Source: an uncultured Candidatus Sumerlaeota bacterium (lineage in GTDB: Bacteria; CAYMEV01). Taken from it: a stretch of 64,000 nucleotides of DNA. The stretch lies in assembly GCA_964389675.1 (NCBI GenBank), contig CAYMEV010000016.1, positions 1 through 64,000 on the forward strand, in the 5' to 3' direction. This document shows, in pieces, positions 57,632 to 64,000 of this stretch. Positions within the stretch are counted from its first letter, which is position 1. Each line of letters starts with the position of its first letter. Made by a program: the position numbers and the translations under genes. A model generated the notes under the pieces. That model was not told the origin of the DNA. It worked only from the letters and a program-made list of their open reading frames with translations, and did not search any database.

Positions 57632-59033
57632 ATTCTTTCAGGAGAGCATTATGCTTCTCTAGAAAAGGCCTTATCTTATTCCCGATAAGCTTCGCTACTT
57701 GAATACCGCATGTACCCGTGTGATGTTCTGGATCCAGAACACCGGCAATAAAGTCTTTATATTTTCCTAAAACTTCATCTTTTAAGAATTCATCAGGGAT
57801 CTTTTCAAGGTTCATCTGCTCAATCAGCCTTACTGATATATCCCTGATTTTCCGATGAGCATCCTGGCGGGGGATTCCGTTCCTGACCATTTCTGCAATC
57901 AGCTTCTCTGAGATCAACAATGGCATATATGTCTTCAGGTTTTTAGAAATATTATATTCATTGATCTTAATACCCTTTATTATTTCAGTAGCAAGGCTAA
58001 TGACAGCATCAGCAATCATAAATGATTCCGGTATAAGAATCCTCCTTGCTGCTGAATCATCAAGTGTCCTTTCCAGCCACTGATTAGCCGCAATATTAGC
58101 AAAATCAACAGGTTTTGAGATTAGGCATCTTGCAAGCGATGTGATTCGCTCGCATTTCATTGGGTTCTGCTTATACGGCATTGCGCTTGAGCCAATTTGT
58201 GATGATCCGAATGGCTCCATTATTTCCCTCCTATGCTGAAGCAATCTTATGTCTGTTGCCATTTTTATAAATGATTGAGCGATCTGAGACAATATGGAGG
58301 AAAGCCTGTAGTCTGTTTTCCTTGGATATGTCTGCCCGGTAACAGGAAAGGTTTCCTTAAAGCCAAATGCCCGGGATATCCTCCTGTCCAGCTCAAAGCA
58401 TTTATTTTCATCGAGGTTAAACAGTTCAAAGTAGCTTGCCATGGACCCTACAGTTCCTTTAGTTCCTCTGAAAGGCAAATTATCAATGAAGAGTTCCATC
58501 TCCAAAGCATCCTCATACATATCATAAAGCCAGAGGGAAAATCTCTTGCCAACTGTTGTAGGCTGTGCAGGCTGAAAATGAGTAAACCCCAGTATTGGAA
58601 AATCTCTGTATTCATATGCCTTTTTTGAAAGATATTGCATAACCAGCAAAAGCTTGCTAAAGATAAGCCTTCCAGCTTCCTTTATCTGTATCAGGTCTGT
58701 ATTATCAGTAACAAATGCGCTTGTTGCACCGAGATGGATAATAGCTGAACCCTCTTCTGCATATTTCGCATATCCTTCAATATGTGCCATTACATCATGT
58801 TTTTTCTGCTTCTCAACCTCATTCACATAATCATAATCAATTTTATCAAGATTCAGCCTGAGATCTTTAAGCTGTTCCTCTGTAATATTAACACCAAGCT
58901 CTTTCTGGATTTCAGCAAGGGCAATCCATAATTTTCTCCAGGTTGTATATTTAAAATCATCAGAAAATATTTTTGACATTTCCCTTGAAGCATATCGAGT
59001 GATCAAGGGATTTGAATACATATCTCTGTTCAT
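57609..59033 (-). CDS. purB: Adenylosuccinate lyase
   Basis: YSNPL..RYAS, HDVMAH, IHLGATS, GFTHFQPAQ, SSAMPYKQNP, ERTLDDSA; start ATG 59033 after GAGGA. Confidence 0.96.
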   Translation of the reverse strand: MNRDMYSNPLITRYASREMSKIFSDDFKYTTWRKLWIALAEIQKELGVNITEEQLKDLRLNLDKIDYDYVNEVEKQKKHDVMAHIEGYAKYAEEGSAIIHLGATSAFVTDNTDLIQIKEAGRLIFSKLLLVMQYLSKKAYEYRDFPILGFTHFQPAQPTTVGKRFSLWLYDMYEDALEMELFIDNLPFRGTKGTVGSMASYFELFNLDENKCFELDRRISRAFGFKETFPVTGQTYPRKTDYRLSSILSQIAQSFIKMATDIRLLQHRREIMEPFGSSQIGSSAMPYKQNPMKCERITSLARCLISKPVDFANIAANQWLERTLDDSAARRILIPESFMIADAVISLATEIIKGIKINEYNISKNLKTYMPLLISEKLIAEMVRNGIPRQDAHRKIRDISVRLIEQMNLEKIPDEFLKDEVLGKYKDFIAGVLDPEHHTGTCGIQVAKLIGNKIRPFLEKHNALLKEYEYDHSI

Positions 59034-59290
59034 TATGCTATCCTCATTATTTTTTTTATTATTACCATATTTACAATTAATGTCAATTATCATAATCTAA
59101 AAATAAATGATCGAAATCAGTGCACAATAGACTTCTATAAATCATATAAGCCTTAAATACATCAGAAATCAATTAATTTATTTTAAAACAGGCCGATCCA
59201 AAGCAAAAATCCTCCTGTTTTATTTCTTTCTGGCATATATCTATCATAATTCTTCGGGCAGCTTAAGATAGAAAAAGAATTACAAAGGGA

Positions 59291-59318
59291 TTGATAATAA
59301 AAAAAATAATGCTATTAT
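59291..59318 (+). promoter_or_regulatory. Putative promoter of the HAD gene (TTGATA-N16-TATTAT, extended -10 TG)
   Basis: Upstream of the GGAG RBS and ATG 59349. Confidence 0.5.
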
Positions 59319-59348
59319 AAATGTAGCATACTAAATGGAGAAATATTT

Positions 59349-60011
59349 ATGGATGTTCTTATTATCTTCGATATTAACGGAACGATAATCCAAAGGGATC
59401 ACAGAACTGACATACCTTATTCAAAATCTATAGATGAGCTTCTCGAAGAATATAATGCCATGAGAGGGATAGATACATCAGCAAGGAGTGATAAGGATGT
59501 ATTTATGGAAGTTCTGAAAAATTTCGGCAGGGCCTATGATGACACGCTCTGGAATACCTTCCTGAAAATATATGAAAAGAACCTTGAGATCTTTAAAAAT
59601 ACAGATATATGGAGAGAGAATGCCGGTTCGGCTGGTTTCATAAGCAAGCTTTATAAGAAGGGTTATCCTCTTGCGCTTTTAACCGGTGAGCTTGAAATAG
59701 GGGCAAGATATAAGCTGGAAAAACTTGGGATATGGGATTATTTCAGCTGTGGAGGATTTGGAGAAGATGCACTCTCAAGATTCGAGATTGCGGATAAATG
59801 CCTTGCAAAAGCCAGAAAATACCATGGCACTGACTTCAGGAGCATAGTAATGATAGGCGATACAGTAATGGATATAAAAACAGCAAGGCACATTGGCTCA
59901 AAAATAATCTCCATTACAACAGGCTCAAATAAGTATATTGAATTGAAGGAATACAATCCTGATCTGATTATAGATGATTTCTACAGCCTTAATATAGATA
60001 TGCTTTTTTAA
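59349..60011 (+). CDS. HAD-superfamily hydrolase
   Basis: FDINGT, LLTG, KL...G, GGFG, IGDT..DI..A. Confidence 0.88.
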   Translation: MDVLIIFDINGTIIQRDHRTDIPYSKSIDELLEEYNAMRGIDTSARSDKDVFMEVLKNFGRAYDDTLWNTFLKIYEKNLEIFKNTDIWRENAGSAGFISKLYKKGYPLALLTGELEIGARYKLEKLGIWDYFSCGGFGEDALSRFEIADKCLAKARKYHGTDFRSIVMIGDTVMDIKTARHIGSKIISITTGSNKYIELKEYNPDLIIDDFYSLNIDMLF

Positions 60012-60085
60012 GAAGGCCTGATTTAATTTTATTTATTAAGTATTGAAGATATAGCAATTAGATTATTTTCTCAGGAGAAGATGAA

Positions 60086-60952
60086 ATGACTGATATAAGG
60101 AAATCGATCTTAAGCGGATCATGGTACCCGGGAGATGCAGGAACACTCAGGGGAGATATAAGAACATATGAAGACAGGTGTCCTGAGGTAAGCCTTGATC
60201 TTAAACGAATATACGGAATAATTGCACCCCATGCAGGTTATATGTATTCAGGGAAAGCTGCTGTATCAGCATACAGGCATTTAAGAGGGATGGAGTTTGA
60301 AAATATAATTTTGATCGCCCCTTCCCATTCAAGCTACTTTAGAGGTATAGCATGCAGTGGATATTCATACTATGAGACACCCTTAGGTAAAGTCCAGGTT
60401 AACAGGGGTCTGATTGAAAAGCTGAGAACATCTGAAGGCCTTTTCACAGAGGACATTACTGCAGAGGACAATGAACATTCTGCTGAAATACAGCTGCCAT
60501 TCCTGCAGTATTTCCTGGATAATTTCAAGATCGTGCCACTGCTCGCAGGTAATATCACAACAGATGAAATCCCCGGAATTGCTGCTGCAATAAAGGGCAT
60601 TTCCGGTAAAAAGACACTTCTTTTAGCAAGTTCTGACTTCACGCATTATGGTTACCGTTTTGGGTACAATCCATTTGATAATCTCAGAAATCCGGAAGGG
60701 ATCAGAGAAAATATCAACAGGCTGGATATGGACCATATTGAACTTATAAAAAAAATGGATTATAAAGGGTTTTTAACTAAAAAGCACAAAACCGGAGCCA
60801 CAATATGCGGCTACATGCCAATATCAATAGTTGTCTCGATCCTTTCCAGCCAGGATATCAAAGCCTATTTAGCAGATTATTACACCTCAGGGGATATTAC
60901 AGACGATTATGAGCAGTCTGTTTCATATGCTTCAATCCTTTTTTATAAATAA
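60086..60952 (+). CDS. amrB: MEMO1-family / AmmeMemoRadiSam system protein B
   Basis: GSWYP, APHAGY.YSG, PSH, TPLG, EHS.E.QLPFLQ, ASSDFTHYG, TICG, VSYAS. Confidence 0.93.
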   Translation: MTDIRKSILSGSWYPGDAGTLRGDIRTYEDRCPEVSLDLKRIYGIIAPHAGYMYSGKAAVSAYRHLRGMEFENIILIAPSHSSYFRGIACSGYSYYETPLGKVQVNRGLIEKLRTSEGLFTEDITAEDNEHSAEIQLPFLQYFLDNFKIVPLLAGNITTDEIPGIAAAIKGISGKKTLLLASSDFTHYGYRFGYNPFDNLRNPEGIRENINRLDMDHIELIKKMDYKGFLTKKHKTGATICGYMPISIVVSILSSQDIKAYLADYYTSGDITDDYEQSVSYASILFYK

Positions 60953-60957
60953 TTTAT

Positions 60958-60985
60958 TTGACAATGCAGATAATTCTATTAGTGT
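60958..60985 (+). promoter_or_regulatory. Putative rpmH promoter (TTGACA-N16-TAGTGT)
   Basis: Consensus -35 upstream of the GAGG RBS. Confidence 0.45.
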
Positions 60986-61032
60986 TAATTTTCCAATATT
61001 ATCATTGATTATCTTATAAAGAGAGGTTAAAG

Positions 61033-61167
61033 ATGAAAAGGACATTTCAGCCAAACAATAGAAGAAAGAAGATGGTCCATGGCTTCAGGAAAAGAATGAG
61101 CACTAAACAGGGAAGGATTGTACTGAAAAGAAGAAGGGCAAGAGGCAGAAAAAGGCTGACTGTTTAA
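61033..61167 (+). CDS. rpmH: 50S ribosomal protein L34 (not in the ORF track)
   Basis: Manual translation [44 protein letters not shown]. Confidence 0.97.
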   Translation: MKRTFQPNNRRKKMVHGFRKRMSTKQGRIVLKRRRARGRKRLTV

Positions 61168-61501
61168 TGAGATTTGTTCTCAAAAAAAAAATATTATCCG
61201 GCACCAATCAGACTTTCATGCTTTAAGGCAAAAGCGGGACATTTTTCTTGGTAAATGCTGCCTTATATATTCAAGGATAAATGAAATCGGATATACCAGG
61301 TTCTCTTTTTCAATATCAAAGAAAGCTGGAAAAGCTTATTACAGGAACTGGATAAAAAGGATAGTGAGAGAATATTTAAGAGTAAATTTGGTTCCCCTCC
61401 GGCACCCTGTTGATTTTCTCATAGTAATAAAATCAAGAGTGGAATATAAAGGTGATATTCTGAAGGATATTGAAGCCTTCATAAAAAAACTTGATAAATG
61501 A
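61167..61501 (+). CDS. rnpA: Ribonuclease P protein component, apparent frameshift at A10 (not in the ORF track)
   Basis: Adding one A gives a 111-aa protein [17 protein letters not shown]...RFSFSISKKAGKAYYRNWIKRIVRE...; between rpmH and yidD with TAATG and ATGA overlaps. Confidence 0.88.
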
Positions 61502-61737
61502 ATTATATTCTGAAGATCTTTAATACTGCTGCAAAGAGAATAATACTGTTTATTCTCAAGGCATATAAACTTATGATATCTCCTTATCTGGGCAATAACT
61601 GCAAATACTATCCGACATGCTCCGTATACATGGCACAGGCAATTGAAAAGCATGGCATTATCAGGGGATTTATAAAAGGATTATATAGGATACTTAGATG
61701 TAATCCTTTCTCAAAGGGTGGTTATGACCCCCCTTAA
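61498..61737 (+). CDS. yidD: Membrane protein insertion efficiency factor
   Basis: ISP....CKYYPTCS.Y..QAI.KHG, RILRCNPF..GGYDP. Confidence 0.95.
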   Translation: MNYILKIFNTAAKRIILFILKAYKLMISPYLGNNCKYYPTCSVYMAQAIEKHGIIRGFIKGLYRILRCNPFSKGGYDPP

Positions 61738-61763
61738 AAACTACTTGATCACAGGAGTTAAAC

Positions 61764-63371
61764 ATGGATAAAAGAAGCTTATTATTTATTGTATTAACAT
61801 TTTTGGTAATTATAGCATATTCATACATCAATGCCCCAAGCCTTAATGAACAGACTGAAAAGGCTCAGAATGCATCAGAGGCACAGCAGGAGCAGATTCC
61901 GGAACCTGTCCTTACAGAAACTGAAAATCCGTCTGATTTAATAGCTGACTTTCAATTATCCAAAATCAAGCCTTCAAGCAATAAGATTTATATAGATACA
62001 GAGATGCAATCATTTATTATTGATGCTGACAGGGCTTCCATTATCTCCTGTCAGCTTAAAAACTACTATGTCACTACTGATAAATCATCAGAAATAGAGC
62101 TTATAAGTGAAGAATCAAATGCTGAGTGGCTCTTCCCCCTTGATATAGTATTTTTTGACCAGAATATGCAAGAAACTTATGAATCAGTGCCATATAGCAT
62201 AGTCAGCGGCATAGACAGTGCGGGGATCATAAAGCTTCATTCCCCAAGGGAGATAGTTTTTCAGAAACAGCTTGCAGAATCAAGCATAAAGAAAACGATA
62301 AAATTCTACCCTGATAAGTATGGCCTGGATGTTTCTATAGATATTGAAAATTCAGATCAAAACCTGAAATACGCTTTAATCTGCGGGCCAGACCTTATTC
62401 TTGACAGGGAGGGCATGCAGGGCAAGGGAAGATATTCTCAGCCGGACAATATCATTTTTAGATTAAATGAAAAAAACAAGGGGATTAAAGCTGAAAAGAT
62501 CGAAACAGATTTCAATGTGCTCTCAAAAAATGCTGAGTTTATTGCATTAAATGACCTTTATTTTGTGCAGGTAATGCTTTCAAAAGATATGAATGCAACT
62601 CCGTTTTTTACCAGCAATCTGATAATCGGCTATGCTTTCAGCAGTCATCATGCTGATCTTTCCCTATATATGGGTCCAAAGAGTAAAAAACAGCTTAATA
62701 ATTTCGATACAGGCCTTGCCAGCCTGGTTGATTTTGGTTTCTTCAGCATAATTGCAAGCCCCCTTCATAAAATAATTGACCTTTTTTACAGTTTTATCGG
62801 CAATTACGGCATTGCTATTATACTGCTTACTCTATCAATAAAACTCATATTCTTCCCTATCACATTTAAAAGCTATCTGCAGATGAGAAGAATGAGCAAG
62901 TTAGCCCCTCAAATGAAAGAGATCAGGAAAAAATTAAAGGATCAGCCCCAGAAAATGAATCAGGAGATCCAGGCCCTTTACAAGAAACATAATGTAAATC
63001 CGTTCTCCTCATGTTTGCCTATGTTTCTTCAGCTTCCTGTGCTTTTTGCTCTGTATCGAGTACTGAGCATAGCAATAGAACTGAGGCATCAGGGCTTTTT
63101 ATGGATTACTGACCTGGCGGGCCCAGATCCTTATATGATACTGCCTATACTTATGAGTGTAGCAATGTTCTTCCAGCAGAGACTGACTCCTACATCAGCA
63201 GACCCTAAGCAGGCAAAGATGATGTCAATACTGATGCCTGCCATATTCTTTATCATGTTCAGGAACCTGCAGGCAGGCCTTGTTCTTTACTGGTTCACCA
63301 GCAACCTTCTTATTATCCTGGAACAAACCCTGATAAATAAGGCACACTTGAAGGAAGAACAGAAATCATAA
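61764..63371 (+). CDS. yidC: Membrane protein insertase YidC (with large periplasmic domain)
   Basis: YMGPK, VDFG.F, GNYG.AII.LT, NP..SCLP..LQ.P, FLWI.DL..PDP, GLVLYW. Confidence 0.97.
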   Translation: MDKRSLLFIVLTFLVIIAYSYINAPSLNEQTEKAQNASEAQQEQIPEPVLTETENPSDLIADFQLSKIKPSSNKIYIDTEMQSFIIDADRASIISCQLKNYYVTTDKSSEIELISEESNAEWLFPLDIVFFDQNMQETYESVPYSIVSGIDSAGIIKLHSPREIVFQKQLAESSIKKTIKFYPDKYGLDVSIDIENSDQNLKYALICGPDLILDREGMQGKGRYSQPDNIIFRLNEKNKGIKAEKIETDFNVLSKNAEFIALNDLYFVQVMLSKDMNATPFFTSNLIIGYAFSSHHADLSLYMGPKSKKQLNNFDTGLASLVDFGFFSIIASPLHKIIDLFYSFIGNYGIAIILLTLSIKLIFFPITFKSYLQMRRMSKLAPQMKEIRKKLKDQPQKMNQEIQALYKKHNVNPFSSCLPMFLQLPVLFALYRVLSIAIELRHQGFLWITDLAGPDPYMILPILMSVAMFFQQRLTPTSADPKQAKMMSILMPAIFFIMFRNLQAGLVLYWFTSNLLIILEQTLINKAHLKEEQKS

Positions 63372-63407
63372 GGGATATACATCCAAGACAAATTTTGGAG
63401 GATATTT

Positions 63408-64000
63408 ATGAAATTTACTTTTGAAGAATCAGGAAAATCCATTGAGGATGCACTAAGGAAAGTTGAAGAAAAATCCGGCATAAGCCGAGAAAGACTTAGA
63501 TATGAAGTAATAGAGGAAAAAAAGGGGTTTCTTAAATCCCTTTTTGGTTCGAATCATTTTACGGTCAAAGGAGAATATGAAAAATTTGAAGATATTAGGG
63601 AACTTGCTGAAGATGTCCTGAAAAATGTCCTCAAACATATGAAAATGCTTGATTCCTCAACGATCAGACTTAATGAAAGTGAAAAGCATATCACCTTTAA
63701 TATTGAAAGCCCTCATGAAAGGCTTTTAATAGGGAAAGACGGCGCTACCCTTGATGCATTAAGGTATATAGTTAATCATATAACAGCACAGAAAATGGAA
63801 TGCCCGGATAAAAAAAGGATTATAATAGATATAGAAGGGTATAATGAAAAAAGGAATATTTATTTAAGCAAAATGGCCAATAATTTGATAAAAAGGGTAA
63901 AAGCAACGAGAAAACCGCATACCATGAAGCCACTATGCCCGAGAGAACGAAAGCTTGTTTATAAAATTGCTGAAAAAGACAGGGCAATATCTGCAAAATC
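63408..64000 (+). CDS. jag: Jag/EloR (KhpB) RNA-binding protein, truncated by the window end
   Basis: Manual translation MKFTFEESGKSIEDAL...KKGFLK; KH motif LIGKDGATLDAL; start of R3H-like region; GGAGG RBS; follows yidC. Confidence 0.9.
   Translation, partial: MKFTFEESGKSIEDALRKVEEKSGISRERLRYEVIEEKKGFLKSLFGSNHFTVKGEYEKFEDIRELAEDVLKNVLKHMKMLDSSTIRLNESEKHITFNIESPHERLLIGKDGATLDALRYIVNHITAQKMECPDKKRIIIDIEGYNEKRNIYLSKMANNLIKRVKATRKPHTMKPLCPRERKLVYKIAEKDRAISAK

Noticed and set aside
59173-59199. Possible sigma-28 promoter (TTAA-N15-GCCGATCC)
   Set aside because: Mismatches in both boxes, and a better sigma-70 candidate lies closer to the HAD gene.
61339-61653. 104-aa minus-strand ORF
   Set aside because: Antisense to rnpA and yidD, which explain the region.
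1-64000. CRISPR arrays, tRNA/rRNA genes, IS elements, prophage, defence systems
   Set aside because: Intergenic gaps are short; I saw no repeat-spacer pattern, cloverleaf, transposase, integrase or phage gene by eye.

Overview
This is a gene-dense, AT-rich bacterial chromosomal segment, probably from an anaerobe of a poorly characterised lineage. The anaerobe inference rests on the hyp genes and a DUF362 Fe-S protein; MurE is the meso-DAP type and core proteins are divergent. I found no mobile element, CRISPR array, tRNA or rRNA. Core content: thrS; a rplM-rpsI-rpsB-tsf-pyrH-frr-uppS-cdsA-dxr-rseP superoperon; a stripped-down dcw cluster (mraZ-rsmH-ftsL-ftsI-murE-ftsW-murC-ftsQ-ftsA-ftsZ); split coaB/coaC; purB; and rpmH-rnpA-yidD-yidC-jag. 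Accessory content: a speD-like/hypC/hypE/hypD/tatD operon, a TPR/sulfatase-like/two GT-C surface-modification cluster, two HDAC-family deacylases, a Maf-like/GT9 cluster, and an IHF/NtrC-like/sigma-54 promoter/TPR module. Best leads: (1) an HDAC coupled to an unannotated protein with a cryptic GNAT-like motif pattern, a candidate acyl writer/eraser pair directly after rseP; (2) a pyruvoyl decarboxylase heading a probably leaderless hydrogenase-maturation operon; (3) rnpA broken by an A10 tract; (4) co-divergent FtsA and FtsZ; (5) a recurring 16-bp sigma-70 spacer. All calls come from manual motif recognition; no database searches were run.
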